Positions 13,943-28,382 of a stretch of DNA of 64,000 nt are shown here, piece by piece. How positions within the stretch are numbered: the stretch's first letter is position 1; each line of letters opens with the position of its first letter. A program made the translations under genes and the position numbers. The notes under the pieces are model-generated. The model saw nothing but the letters and a program-made list of their open reading frames with translations. It was not told where the DNA came from and did not search any database. This DNA is from Octopus vulgaris (taxonomy: Eukaryota), in contig OX597839.1 of NCBI GenBank assembly GCA_951406725.2, positions 15,624,001 through 15,688,000 on the forward strand, given 5' to 3'.

Positions 13943-16361
13943 CTCTAGTATTACCAAGAAAATTTCTTGAAGTATCAGCAAATTGTTGTAGAGTTCCAAG
14001 TGGTATTTGGTTACATCCAATGGTGAACTGGTTTCAGTTTGCACATGTTCATTCTAACCAGTTGTTAGCATTAAATGAAAACCAGTAGTTAATTTCTTTA
14101 ATGCTAAAGTGAGACCTACTTAGAAAAGCTGTTACATAAATCTCACCACAGGGTCAAATGTGTCCAACCACCTACACAGGCATTTGTCCCTAAAGGAATT
14201 TTGTATTTTAAAATTAAGTTCAGAAGATTGCCATTATTTACCGTAATGATAATAAGGAAATATGTCACTACCTTTTCTGTATCTCATTATGTGGTTAGTT
14301 GACAGATGTATTCATTTACCTTCCTGTCACACATTTTTACTCCCTTGTTCAACTTGCTAAGTTGGTTTCTAACCCTATCATGCTCCCACATCAAATCAAT
14401 TATTCAACTTCAGTTTTAGCGCTAACCCTAATTTTCCACTCTCAAAGGCAAAGAAAACCAGTGGTTAAAATTCTTCCAGTTCATTAGTGGTTAATGTCCC
14501 TTTATTCTGGCAGGGGATGATGGTGATCCCTGCTGTACTCTTTCACCACAACTTTCTCTCACTCTTACTTCCTGTTTCTGTTGTACCTATATTTCAAGGG
14601 GCCAGCCTTGTCACTCTCTGTGTCACGCTGAATATCCCCGAGAACTACGTTAAGGGTACACATGTCTGTGGAGTGCTCAGCCCCTTACACGTTAATTTCA
14701 CAAGGAGGCTGTTCCGTTGATCGGATCAACTGGAACCCTCGTCGTCATAACCGACAGAGTGCTTCCACAATGTCCCTTTATGTTCTGATTTCAAATCCCT
14801 GGAGTTTCATATTTGTTTATATCACATTCATAATAGTAACTTTAATATGTAGTGTTATAGCAAGTTTTAAAATCTCTATTTAGAACACATGATATGAAGG
14901 ACATCAAGGCCATCTGGAATTACTGCTGAGAGGCTTAAATATTTGACTAAATAGGATATGACCTCATCATTTGTATAGTCAGTTATGTTGTACAGGAAGA
15001 TGTCATACACTGTGACTGATGTAGTGGCATCATAGTCAAGTATTACAAGGAAAAAAAGAGAAATAATTACATAGGTATCAAGTTACTGAACCAGATCATG
15101 AAAACTACAGAAATGGTTAACCTAGTTGAGATAGTCCAGTTTTGTACCAGGAAAAAGTGCAAGAAATGACATTTTCCTTGCAAGACAACTATAGAAGTAT
15201 TTAGCTTGGTGTAAGTTGTTGTATCTAGCATTTGTCAACCTACAAAAAGCATTTGATAGTGTAGAAACCATGCCAAATTAAGACATTGGTGCACAACACT
15301 CTATGGATCATGTCGAACCATGCATCCCATGTCAGCATGGAAAGTGGGTATAAAATGATGATGCTGATGATGAGCATGTGTGTGTGTAAGTTCATATGTC
15401 TTCCTGAATGACTAAGTATTGACTTGAGGAAATATAAAGTGAAATATATTAAGCAGGAAGAATCTTTTGCGAATGTAGTAATTATAAACAGTGCAAATAA
15501 TGGATTTTATGAAATTTCAAGATTAATTGCGATTTTCGATCGGAACAAAAGAATAAAATAAAATAAAATCATCATCTGAATAACTTTTGAATGAAAGCGT
15601 AACAAGACATATTTAAAGAAAAAGAAAAACCATCTGAAATATATAGAAGGGAAGAACAGAAAATATATACACGTATACAGCACATGGTATCACTTTAACT
15701 TGAAGAGAAGTTTGAAATCTTCCACTGCCTTGGAAATACCCATCTCTTTGGAAAAACTAGATAAGCATCTGTATATATATATTTGGATATTGGAACAGTA
15801 CCTTTAATGACTCTACAAAATGAAAATAACTATGTCTCCTTGCCGCGAATCTGTGTTACCATGTGTAGCAACCACCATCGAAAACATGCCAATCTACTTC
15901 GTAATGATATCTGTGAGTACATGCTGAGTTCTAGAAAAACCATACACACAGTTTTATTTATCAGCACGCACCGCACACAAATATATACACAAAGCGATTC
16001 TAAATCATACTTTCTTCTCTCCAACCATTATATCCTTACATCTTTTGATTGTACATATAATTGTATCGTTTTATACACACACATACAATGAGGGAAGCGG
16101 GAACAGTTAACAACGAAAAATAAGATATTATTTATTTATCTCCCTAACAAGTGCGTCCATTATAAACACACCAACCATTGACTCCTTACATCTCTTGATT
16201 ACACATATAATTGCATCTTGTATACACACATACAATGGGGAAAGTGAAAACAGTTAACAACAATAACAACAACAAATAATAACATCTTATTTATCTCCCT
16301 AACAAGTGTGCTATATCTTCATTTTTTTTTCTTTCTTTCTTTCCCTTGCACTACGGTACGG

Positions 16362-17666
16362 ATGGGCAGACAGAACAAAACTGCCACGGTATCATCCGTG
16401 GATGAGCCATGCGACAAAACTGGTCGCTGTCCTAAAATAGAACGTTGCCCAGCAAATCACATCTGTCATCTATGCACAAAACTCGAAAATTCCTTTCGAA
16501 GTAGATGGGTTGAATGCAGTAAATGTCATGTTTCGATCTGCTTTCAATGTGCCACAAACTTTCGGAAGATCCCGGGTCAAAAGAAAGGACACCATACTTC
16601 TATGAGGGATAAACTCTGGGAAATGGTCCAGCTACCAAACTGGTCGTTTCAGTGCCTGACTTGTGTGTCCCCTGCCACCTTTGCTGCTGAACAGCAACAA
16701 CAAAACCTGACAACCAGGTCTTCCGCTGCCATTGCTGCTGAACAGCAAAAACCAACTACTTTGTCTCCCAAAACCAGTCCTGTTGATAAAGAACAACAGC
16801 AAAAACTGAAGCCGCCAGTGTCTTCCTCCCCTGTCACTCATCAACAGCAGCAACAAAAATCGGCCATTCATGTTGAAGAACATGAACAAAAAAATGAAAC
16901 TTAAGCCCCCTGAGTCTTCCTCCCCTATTGCTCTTCGACAACAAAAATTGATCATTCCAGCTGAAGTACATCAGCAGGAACAAAAGGAACCATGCCCTCC
17001 TCTCCTGATGCTTCTCAACTAAAGCAGAAATCAACCATCAGCACAGAAGTTGCAGAAATTAGACGAATGATTTCTGCTTTGAGTCGTGAAGTAGCAGGAC
17101 TCAGAACCAGTGTCTGTCCGAAAACTCACAGCGAAGGGTCATATCGGAGTGCCTTGCTCAGCAATTTACCTGTAGCTCGTACAGAACCTCAACGCATCGA
17201 GGGAGTTGCTGAACCAGCCACTCATGAATTAAAAGCCATCGGAGTGCCGGAAGATGTGGTAGATCTGCAGGCATTCATTGGAAACACAGCTTGGGATCTC
17301 AGCTGTGTCCCTCCAAAAAGTGCTTCCCGCCTTGGCCGACCGGGATCCAAACCCAGGCTGATCAGGCTGTTGTTTACGGGCTTTACTGAGGCGCGGACAT
17401 TCCATCTGGTTGCTGATAGAGCTCAACGTGACGACATAATCAACTTTAGAACACGTCCTGGCCTACCACCCGATGTACGCCCAAAGCTAAGATCTATAGC
17501 TTCCCTAAATCGCAACTCTGTGCCACAGGAGAGTTTAAGCCTCCGCAATGATGGGCAAATCTGGAAATTTGTCAAGTCTGGTGAATCGTGGATAAGGGAT
17601 GCTAGTTGGACTGAGCAGACTACACCCACAACAACAACTGGCAATACAAAAATCTTGGGAAACTAA
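16362..17666 (+). pseudogene. LINE ORF1 (PHD-like zinc finger, Q-rich linker, coiled coil), two frameshifts
   Basis: CHLC...CSKC...CFQC...CLTC cluster; EVAEIRRMISALSREVAGLR coiled coil; RLGRPGSKPRLIRL motif typical of LINE ORF1; ends GGA AAC TAA. Confidence 0.75.
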
Positions 17667-20408
17667 CCAAGAACAATCAGCCATCCCCTGTATATCATCA
17701 TCTGAAATCCAGATATAAACTGCTGTCCTTGAATGCCCGTTTTTTGACTCCTACGTCAAAAGTATCAACCCAGATTTCATCACAGTCATGGAAACATGGG
17801 CACACTCTGCACTCTGTGATGGAGTTTTCAGCATAGCCGGCTACAACCTGTTCCGCAAAGACCGCATTAATCGCCGTGGAGGGTGGGTGATGATTTATGT
17901 TCGATCAAATCTATCAGCAATCCCCTGTGATTATTTGAACCAATCTCAGCAGGAAGTATTTTTCTGCAATATACACATGACCATATCAACACTTCTGCTC
18001 GGAGTTGTTTACCGCCCCCAAAATTATCGTCAAGACGCACAGCTTTTTGATATCCTCAGAGCTGCTGCCATGAAAACAGCCACGTATGTGTATATTGCAG
18101 GTGACTTCAATTTCCCTGAGATTGACTGGGAGGCCTTCCGTTGGCCGCAAAGTGCAAACGATTTCCTTGAACTGGTGCTGAATTCAAATTGGTCCCAAGT
18201 TGTTACCTCCCCCACAAGGGGTAACAACACTTTGGATCTGCTACTTACCGCTTCTCCTGAAACAATCATTAGTGTCACTACCGAAGAACCTTTAGGTGAC
18301 TCTTGTCATTCCATGATCATGGCCGACTTGTCTCTGATTGGTTGTAACAAAAAACACAACCATCTTCAGACTGCCCACTTTGACTGGAATAAAGCAAACT
18401 GGAGCTCTTATTGTACTGAGCTGCAACGCCCAAACTGGCTCGAATTTTATGCCTCTGGAGATGTGGACACTATACTCCAGAACATTCTGAATTTAATATG
18501 GGCAGCATGTGAAGCATCAGTACCACGCAAGCACAAAAAACCACCTAATAGTGCAATTTGGGAGACTGCAGCAGTCCAACTTGCCAGAAAAGAACGCCGT
18601 AATGCTGAACATGAATACAAATCAGAGAGCAACAGGAAAAAGCGCAATAGGTCAGCCAATCACCTCAAGCAGGTGACAAAAAAGGCAGTGCTTGAATTTG
18701 AACAACGCATTGCAGCTAACCCTGACAGCAAAGTGTTCTGGAAGTATGTGCACTCAAAGCAGAGACCCCACTCTCCAGTTGGTCCCCTTCGCAATCCCCA
18801 CACAGGACAGATTACTGGCAATCCCGAAGAATGTGCAGAAATCATTGCTGGATGCTATGCCGGCATCTTTACTGTCGAAGACCAAAATGTTCCATCTTCA
18901 TCACCACTGACATCGGACTCCATATCTACTATGCAATTTACACCAGCAATGCTACAACGCCACCTTAAGAATAAACACAATTATGCCTCTCCTGGTCTCG
19001 ATGGTGTTACATACCTACTTCTCAAATGCGGTGGTTACTTTCTTCTAAGCCAACTTTCTCTATTCTTCCAATTCTGTCTTAACAATGGTGTTACTCCAGA
19101 ACAGTGGAAAACTGCCAATGTCATCCCTCTGTTCAAAAAAGGCAACCGCACATCACCTGTCAACTATCGCCACGTTAGTCTTACTAGCTGCTTCACCAAA
19201 CTGATGGAATCCTGTATCAGAGAAATCCTCTGGAACTTCTGGAAGTCTCACAGCCTCATCCAGCCGTCACAATTCGGATTTATTCCTAACTCCAGCTGCT
19301 GTAATCAACTCATCGAGTTTCTTGAGGACATTACCCAAATCACTGATCGCAGAATCTGGGTGGATGTTGTCTACCTGGACTTTGCTAAGGCCTTTAACTC
19401 TGTGCCACACAAAAGACTTATGGTGAAGCTTTCTGCATTGGGTGTAAGAGACGAACTCTATAACTGGTTGAAGTCCTTTATTTTCGGCCGAAAAGAGGTT
19501 GTCACAGTTCTAGGACAGCACTCTTCGCCCTATGAGATGACATCTGGTGTACCACAGGGATCTGTTCTTGGCCCCCTTTTATTTGTTGCATATGTTAATG
19601 ACATAAATGCCAACTTAAAGAATTCCACAGTACTGAAATATGCAGATGACATCAAGCTGTACCTCGTAATAAAGAGGTCAAATCCTGTACACTATTGCAA
19701 GCAGACCTGGACACAATGCAGCAGTGGATCATGGACTCGCAACTCAAGCTGGCTGTGGACAAATGTACCACCATGTATTTTGGGAGGAGAAACCCAGCGT
19801 CCACCTACTCCCTCCACAACACTAATCTCAAAAAGTCTTCATGTGAACGTGACCTGGGTGTTATTGTCGACAGTGATTTGCGTTGGACAAAACACATTGC
19901 TAAAATTGTCAAGAAGGCTGAGGGTGTCTTGGCATCACTCACCAAATCCTTTGTGAGCCGCTCTCCAGCTATCTATCTGCGGCTTTATATAGCTATGGTA
20001 AGACCTCACCTGGAATTTGCATCACCGGTCTGGAAACCCTATCTTGCCCAGGATATCAATCGTCTGGAAGCTGTTCAGCGACGTGCAACCAAAAGAATAC
20101 CCTCCATCAGGCATTTGCCATATCCTGAACGCCTTACTTCCCTGGGCATGGACACATTGAAACTCCGACGTCTGGCAGCTGAAAAACCCATAAAATTATC
20201 AACCATCGTACAAACAATAACTCCGAGCACCTTTTCAAACTCCACCCATCTAACACCCCAGCACAGCTCCCATGACTTCAGGAAACATTTTTTCACGCTC
20301 AGAGTTGCTGAAGCATGGAACAAACTGCCGGCATCAGTTGTTAGTTGTCGGAGCACTGCATCCTTCAAAACTTCCATGCTTTCTGAGATTCGGCAACACT
20401 ACACCTGA
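17663..20408 (+). pseudogene. LINE ORF2 endonuclease/reverse transcriptase, frameshifted
   Basis: Track ORFs 17788-19956 and 19695-20408; small deletions near 19695, 20180 and 20255 relative to the 38-40 kb copy, plus a frame break near 17741. Confidence 0.9.
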
Positions 20409-20539
20409 TTTTCTCCCCTCCATCCACACACAAGCATGTATCTGACTCATGCATTGTTCGCTTTCCAGACATTTGTACATTACTGCATATACTCTGACAA
20501 GTTGTGGTGCACCTGAGCACTGTATACAATAATTTCATT

Positions 20540-20582
<43 letters not shown>

Positions 20583-20586
<4 letters not shown>

Positions 20587-20737
20587 TGAAATAGAAAGAT
20601 GAATAATCTTGTTGCAGATTAATCAAAAGTTTAACCGTCAATCGGAATCTGGTAAATTGTGCCTTTCGAAACACGTGTAGAATGCAATAAAACGATTTCT
20701 GTTCAATCTTCATTCAATTCCATTTCTTCAATTCACT

Positions 20738-20740
<3 letters not shown>
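20583..20740 (+). mobile_element. Short diverged copy of the 5.3-8 kb fold-back family between (TA)n tracts
   Basis: Left end matches 5275ff; right end matches 5790-5888 including GAAAC-ACGT-GTA-GAA. Confidence 0.75.
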
Positions 20741-20800
<60 letters not shown>

Positions 20801-22061
20801 TTCATATTCCCCTCTGCCCCTCTTTCAATATCCTCCTCTGCATCTGCTTCAGGATGTTTTCACTGCTTTTGTTTTCTGCTCTCCCCAGCCTCTGTGATGT
20901 CCTCCTGCCTCCATCCACCACCTTATCTCACTACTAAAACTGTATTCACCATCTACTGTCTCCACCTCTAGGATGCTCCCCAGCTTTTCTTTCTTTCACT
21001 GATCTCACTGCATTTATTCACTGACTTCTCCCTTACAGTCCCTCCTCAACATCCTCTTATTTCCACCTGCCCACTCCCATGGCCTAATCCTTGCTCACCT
21101 ACACTTTCCATTCCTTCAGTGACCCTCTCTAGATCTTCACCATCCTCAAATATTTCTTTCTTCTGTGTTCATTTCTCTCACTTCTTCCCTCTATATTCAC
21201 CCTTATGATGTGGGATAGCTCTGGCCCCTCCCCCACAAGCATACACAGCCCCTATTTATCACCCTTACCTTTCTGTCACTCCCTTTTTCAGTAACCCTGA
21301 TACTAACCCATTCCGTTTCTTCTGTTCCTTCCATGCTCCTTTTCCTAATAGTATCTATTTTAATATTTTTCACTATCACCGTGTCACAGTTATAAATTTT
21401 TTCTTCTCATCACCTCTCATCATCTTATCTAGAACCATCATAACCTCTCTTTTATTTTCCTTCAGTTATAAGGGTCCTTTGCGGCCCTCAGCCTTGCATG
21501 TTGCAAGGTGACCTCACTAGTGTGGGTGCTGTAAAAAAGCACTAAGTACACTCTGTAAAGGGTTTGGTGTTAGGAATGGTATCTAATCATAAAATCCATA
21601 CCAAAGCAAACATTGGAGCATGATATGGCTCCAGCTTGTCAGGTCCTTTTGGACTTCCCAACCCATGCCAATGTGGAAAACAGATATTAAATGGTGATAA
21701 TGATGATGATGAAATATATACATATATGTATACACATATATGCACATATGTGCACACTTACAAAAATTCCATTCTAATGATAGATTCTCATAATATTGGC
21801 TCCATGTGTTTCTAATATTTCTTCATCCAAAAACATTAATTAAATACTCTTTCATAATATTGCATAAGTGAATATTCAGAGATAGGATTTCAAAGTAATT
21901 TTGATCATCTTTGAAGCCATTTCAATATAATTTCACCACTCTGGGCCATCTGTTTTTACATTTATCTATGGCTGTTTTTCTATCATACACTTTTTCTCTC
22001 TTTGTCTCTCTCTCCCATCTCAGTATGTGTGTGTACATAAATATATCTGTGCGTGTATTTG

Positions 22062-22111
<50 letters not shown>

Positions 22112-22115
<4 letters not shown>

Positions 22116-22218
22116 GTCATCCCATTAAAAATGCGGTTATTTTTTATACTTCTTTTATTTTTCAAAATTAAGATAAACAAAGTTCTTTTTAAATCTAAAA
22201 TATACTCTCCTTCATTTT
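22112..22218 (-). mobile_element. Mariner 3' end fragment
   Basis: Reverse complement of about 59440-59544, abutting (TA)n. Confidence 0.75.
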
Positions 22219-22664
22219 TCTTCTAGTACTCACTAAAGTCACTCAAGCTGCTCGCAGTAGATCTCCTTTGTTATCATTTGGTTTGGGTTTAAAAGTTTAA
22301 GGTGGACTAAACCTTTCATATCCCACCAAACAGATAACAACAGCTTACATGGGTGAAAACCTTCTCTTGCCTGGGGTACCAATGTTTCTCCTTTCCCTAC
22401 CTGCTGTCTTTGGTGCTTGACATTTTTATAGAGAATCCATTTTTTGAACGAGAAAAGGGTTAGAGAGAAAGATGGTGGCGAAGTGCCAGAGCATACCCTC
22501 AGGGTACAGGATCAGAATATGTGATGGTAGAGTATTGCCAAGGGTGCATGAGTAGGGAGTAGGGACTTAACATGAATGCAAAGAGGAGTGGGGGAAATAG
22601 AGTGGCTGGTGAAATCTGTTTGTGTGTGTAAATGTAAGTGTATATATATATATATATATCTTTT

Positions 22665-22701
<37 letters not shown>

Positions 22702-22780
22702 ACATACACACATACATACATACATAAAATTATTATGCTTTACTTTTTCATACATTACTTACACCATTCTGAAATTTCAG

Positions 22781-22909
22781 GCAACCTTCAGCTTTCAAAA
22801 TCAAGTTTGATGTTGATCGAAGAATACGTAACCATCTTGAAATTCTCCCGAAAATGGGTATCATTCAAGCAAAATCTCAGTTCCTAGCACAGTTGAAGTT
22901 TCTTCCAAG
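22781..22909 (+). CDS. CFAP74: CFAP74 internal exon 2
   Basis: cag|QPSAFKIKFDVDRRIRNHLEILPKMGIIQAKSQFLAQLKFLPR|gt; phase 2 to 2. Confidence 0.88.
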
Positions 22910-24212
22910 GTAGAAATACTCATTTCTGTATTTTGTTTAATCTCTTAATATAACATAATGTCTGATTCATGTGTTTCAACTTGCATTGTACATAGCCAAA
23001 CCACTGAACAGGATGTCACAGTTGTTGACTAAGGGAGCGACTTGTTAAGTAACTTTCTGACAATTAGATTATAGTAAAATATACTATGTATTAATTGAAA
23101 ATAGCATATTATTATGTCTGGCATTCCTTTACAAGCTTTTGCCATCTTTCCAACACAAAGAAAAACTAAGCAAAGATTAAACAATGCAAGCCTAAAGAAT
23201 CTAATTAAGCTAGCCATTTTTTTTTTTCTTTTATATTAATGGTGTAATTACAGTACTGTACATCCAATTCTCAGTGCCATACACTAGAAAAATATATTTA
23301 GCTTCATGTTGAAATTATCAGAGCTCAAGTGATTTGATTATACTGTTCCACATAAAATGTTTAGGGAAGACGTAATCCTCACCAGATCCTTCTGGTTGTC
23401 TGTGTGTATGAAAGGTTGAACCTTGGCAAATTAAAATTAAATTAAACGAAGCATTTAAGTGTGTGTGTGTGATTATGTTAGTTATAATAAAAACAATTTT
23501 GCATTAATCTGATGGATTATTTTATACTTTTGTAAAGTACAAATTTATTATTCTTAGTCACTGTCAATAATATTCTTGTTTAAGAATTATATGTATATAT
23601 ATACATATATATAAAGTCAACATCATTATCATTGTTTTACATCCACATTCCAGGCTAGTAGGAGTTGAGCAGTCATCAGCATATATTCAGGGGTACTAAA
23701 GAGTCCTTACAAAATCACTTTTTGCAGAATGTATTGGAGTACTGGGTGAAATTTTTGTGACACCAGTAGTAGAGAGGTAGCTAGATCTTTGGCACAACTA
23801 AAAGAATTTCACAACCCCACATCACTGCTTGTTCACCAGTTTCTTTACTATGTGAGAAGCATGAGTTATGGAAGCATGAATGACTGATGGGAGAGGGGGT
23901 GATTGAATGAATGCACCATATTCAAAGATGTACATAGACTGAAGGCTGCATGACTGAGCTGGCAAGGAGATGACAGAATCTATATGACCCAGGAGACAGA
24001 GTTATGATAGAATCCCAGAATGTGTGGTAGAAAAGTAGTAATGGTATGCTGGCAAACAAAATGAAATAGAGTGACGAGATGCATTACAAGAGGAGATGAT
24101 GAATATGAAGTGAAGTGGACATATGCAGTCTAATATAGTCATCTGTACATTGACTACAAGATACAGTGAAGGTGGTTGCAGGTAGGTGGATTCTGTACCA
24201 GAGAGTGAAATG

Positions 24213-24945
24213 GGTGGTGCATTAGTAGAATTGTTAGAACAACAGACCAAACATTTTACAGTATTTAGTTACAATTCTTTACATTTTGAGTTCAAATCCC
24301 ACTGGAAGCTAATTTGCATCCTCCCATTTTTATATGATATAAAGTACCAGTTAACAACTAAGTTACATTTTATAGATTACACTCTCCTCCCACATCCAAA
24401 TTGCTGTAGCCTTATACCAATGTTAGAATTTCTTTTAAGAGTAAGAGTGGTTTGCCTCTCATCCTTCCAGAGTTTGATGAAATAAATACAAGTGAAATAC
24501 CAGAATAAACTCTTGTCCCCAAATCTGACCTTTCACTAAAATTAGAAATCATTTTTACGATTAGGGTAGAATTGTTAAAGCTACAAACAAAATACCTTGA
24601 GATAATTTTTTTTCTGACACTTTACAGTATGGGGGGTGTGAAAATAAAGGACCAGTCAGGTACTAGGAATCAACTATCCCACCCTACAAATTTGTAACCT
24701 TGTGCCTGCATTATAAATAGTTATTGTATTTAGTAAATTGGCAGAAATGTTAAGAAGTTAGACAAAATGTTTCGTAGTATTTGTTCAGGCTCTTAACATT
24801 CTGAGCTCAATTCCCACCATGGTCAACTTGGGCTTTCATCATTCCAGGATCAATAAAATAAAGTACCAGTCGAATACTGGGGTCAGTGGTATCCACAAAA
24901 CTCCCTCCCTTCAAAACTACTGGCCTTATGCCTAAATTAGAAAAC
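24213..24945 (+). mobile_element. Cluster of three degraded tRNA-derived SINEs, family B
   Basis: Repeated gcagaattgttag...gagttcaaatccc...ctttcatc...aaaataaagtaccagtc...ggccttgtgcct units; compare 55281-55497. Confidence 0.65.
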
Positions 24946-27900
24946 ATTATTATTGTTGTTATTGATGCTATTGTAATCATCATTAAGAAAGAAGTTTTAA
25001 AGTTATATAAGAAAGTTATACATTAGAAATCTGTTTCTGCTCCCCGTTCTTCATTTATTCCACATGTGTAATAAAGTTTAATGTACATCTTCACATAAGC
25101 ACTTGGAATTCCTTTCCTGTTCATTGAGGAAATGACGATTGCTAATTGATATTTCAACACATCAAAAAATATGTAAATATGTAAGAAGCATTGTAAAAAA
25201 AAAAACATGACTGCTTTTTCTCATATGGTATGAATTGGCTGGCTAATGGCAAATTGATAAATGTTTTACAGCCGTCTTAGTTCAAATCTCATCAGGACCA
25301 ATTTTATTTTTCATTTTTCTGAAGCATATAAGGTAACTGTCTGTAAAATACTTTCAATACTCTTTAGACAAAATATTTCTCTGTTACAAAAGCAAAATCA
25401 CTATCAAAGGACAATAGCAGGACAAGGCATTGACAGAAATGGTAGATTTCCTGCAGTATTTTGTCATTTCACACAAGATTCTGAGTTTAAAATTCCTTTG
25501 AGATTGGCCATTGTACTTCATTTTACTCATTATATGTTGCCATCAATTATTGACCACATACTTAACCACCTCGACTGAAATTAATCCAGCACTTCAGTAA
25601 AACATCAGGATTTTATGATTTGCGATTCCTTTGAGTGGCAAGTACTATAGTGCAAATCACATCTATAATCTACCTTTAATTGTTAGTTGTAGGAATTTCA
25701 CTACACCTTTGTCGACAGATATTTTTGGAAAAAGGCATGATTGTCATGGTCTTGCATTTTTCTCTTCTTGATTTCAATTAAAAAAAACACAGGATTTATG
25801 TGTCTAGTCAATAAAGAAAACTGTATGTTATCTACAATTTGGTATTTTCTAAGATGAGGAATCTCATATCATGTAACAGCCAGAGTGATGCCCTCATCAA
25901 CCAAGATAAGGACATCATTCCAACTAATATATAATGTGTGTTATCTGTTGTTTAAATAACTGAAAATAGAGAACCAAACTTGATGGTTGGGAGTGTTTTG
26001 TTTTGGACATAAGCATTCAGATTACTCTGTTGTGATGCTAATTTATTGGTACACAGATGGGATGCTGAATGCATTTTTGCTGAAGGAAAAAAAGCCAAAT
26101 GAACAAGAGGCCAAAAAGACACGTGAAAATTAAAATACACGATAATCATTTTATTCCTACAATATGACCATTTGACAGACTAAAATGTAAGGGAAAAAAT
26201 AGATACATAAAACCTCTTTTTAAATAGGTTTCTTCACTGGATTTACAATGTAAACATACAAAAATAATGTGATCAGATGTTTATTTTAAAATCATTAAAA
26301 TTGACATATTTAAATGTACAAGACCAAAATAAATAAGAGTATTTAAAAATTGTGAGCCAAAGATCATAGAAACGCCTATCCTTCTGTATTATAAGAACCA
26401 CAAATGGTTTTTACCCTATCATATTTTTTGTTAGGTCATGATATTTCAGTGCCTATAGTAGCCTGCTCAATTAGAATTTCATTGAATGCCTGCTCATTTC
26501 TAATAACCTTTAGTAGTTTGGTGATTGTGGGATGAGTTACATAAATTTTCAGATATATAGTTATGTAGTTTTGCAAGATTATTAGTTATGACAGACGGAG
26601 AGTTGAACATTAGACTATCGGTATTTCAATACAGAAAAATTGAATACATCAAATTTACTGCCACCTTACCAAAATATTATTGTGTTGAGGGAAGAAATCA
26701 TCAGTGACAAGCTGAAGCAGCATCAGTATCAGCAATGACACTATCAGCAATACCATCATCATCATTGTCATCATCAAGGTCACCATCACAACCACCATCA
26801 CCAACACCAAAAGGGGACACAGTGGATAATTTCGTTCTCAGAATAAACAATCTCATGCATTGGATGTGTGGCAAGAAGTTTGCTTCCCAACTGCATGGTT
26901 CCAGGTTCAGTCCCACTGTGTAGCCTTTTGAGTGGATTTGGTAAGTAGAAACTGAAAGAAGCTTGTTGTCCCCCACCACCACTTGACAATAAGTGCTGGT
27001 GTGTTTGCATTCCTGTGACTTAGCAGTTCAGCCAGATAGTCCAATCGAAGAAGTATCAGGCTTCCAAAATAAATAAGTACTGGAGACAATGTGTTCAACT
27101 AAAATTCCTCAAGGCAATTCCCCAGCATGACCTCAGTCTAATGACAGAAACGAGATAACAGATAAATTAATCGCCTCCTCTGGAATTTCAAGCCTTGTGC
27201 CTATGTTAGAAACATTATTATTATTGGCAACTTCCAGTTCCACTTAGAGAGGCAAGTTATGATGGAGAAGATGCTATTCTCCAGTGAATTTGCTGAAAGG
27301 TAGGTGCAAGTAGGTGACCAGAATGGCCTACACTTGACATGCACCTGTAAGCTGAAAAACAACTGAGAGATGCCACTTGCTCTTTACAGTCACAGTAACC
27401 CTGAATCAATAAAGTTCCTTGACAGAAATTCAATGACTCTCTCCTTGTTGAGAGTCTTATTTCATGCCTTTTAATTACTTTTGTTTTCCATACTTGATTT
27501 TTTTTTTTTTTTATATAAGTCTCTACCCTTTTGGTAATCTGTCATTTCCTCCTCTCATCCATCATCCTTGTGAAAATTAAAGATTTATTCCCAGTTGACA
27601 AGTTTCTTTCTCCTCCCTGACAAATTTGTAGCCTCCCTGTTTAAGGAAGAAATTATTATTGTTGTTGTTGTTAGGGTTGTGCATTGACAAAGTTGGTACA
27701 GGAGTAGCCTAAATGCCTTGTCATATTTAGTTGCCCCCATTTATGTTCTGAATTAAAATACTGCTTTTCATTTTCCTGATTGCAATCAAATATGTACCAG
27801 TCCGAGAACTGGTGTTGATTTACTTAACTTTCCTTCCCACCACCTTAAAATACAATCGTGGCCTTGTGCCTATGTTTTGTTGTTGTTGTTGTTGTTATCA

Positions 27901-28382
27901 TCATCATCATTGTCATCATTATTAACATTAGCAGCAGCAGTAGCAGTATCAACAAGCTAATAAGAGAGCTTTTACAAGGTTGCTCAACCTGCTAGAAATA
28001 GCTGTCAAATCTGTTTTGTCTTTGAAAAAAAAGCCCCTAGTCTTTGGATAATGAGGCTTTTTTTAGATGTAGTAATGGAATGAAAGATAGGAGGGTTATG
28101 GTTGGAATGCCTTTGGTTACAAGTAAGTTAGATCATTGATGGCTGAGAGTTAAATAACAATCTGTCAATAGCAATCATAATTATCATGATCTTCATATAT
28201 TCTTCACCACACAAGAGTGAAGCTTTGATACAACTGTGCCTACAAATAATAATATTTGTCCAGTTATAGTTAATCAAAGATAGAATTATTTATGTAGATA
28301 ATTACCATCTTATTCTGTAATTATTTACCAGTTGATGACAACAATAATGATGTGAAAACCTCATATTTTTTCTTCCTCACAG

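Larger units (their letters stand above)
16021..20555 (+). mobile_element. Near full-length CR1/L2-like LINE (ORF1 PHD finger; ORF2 APE endonuclease + RT; (ATT)n tail), disabled by indels
   Basis: ORF1 pieces 16362-16904 and 16992-17666; ORF2 motifs LLSLNAR, ETW, GVVYRP, GDFN, TLDL, YLDFAKAF, SGVPQGSVLGPLLF, YADD, RPHLEFA, FFTLRVAEAWNKLP; tail ttcattattattatt. The 5' boundary is uncertain. Confidence 0.92.
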
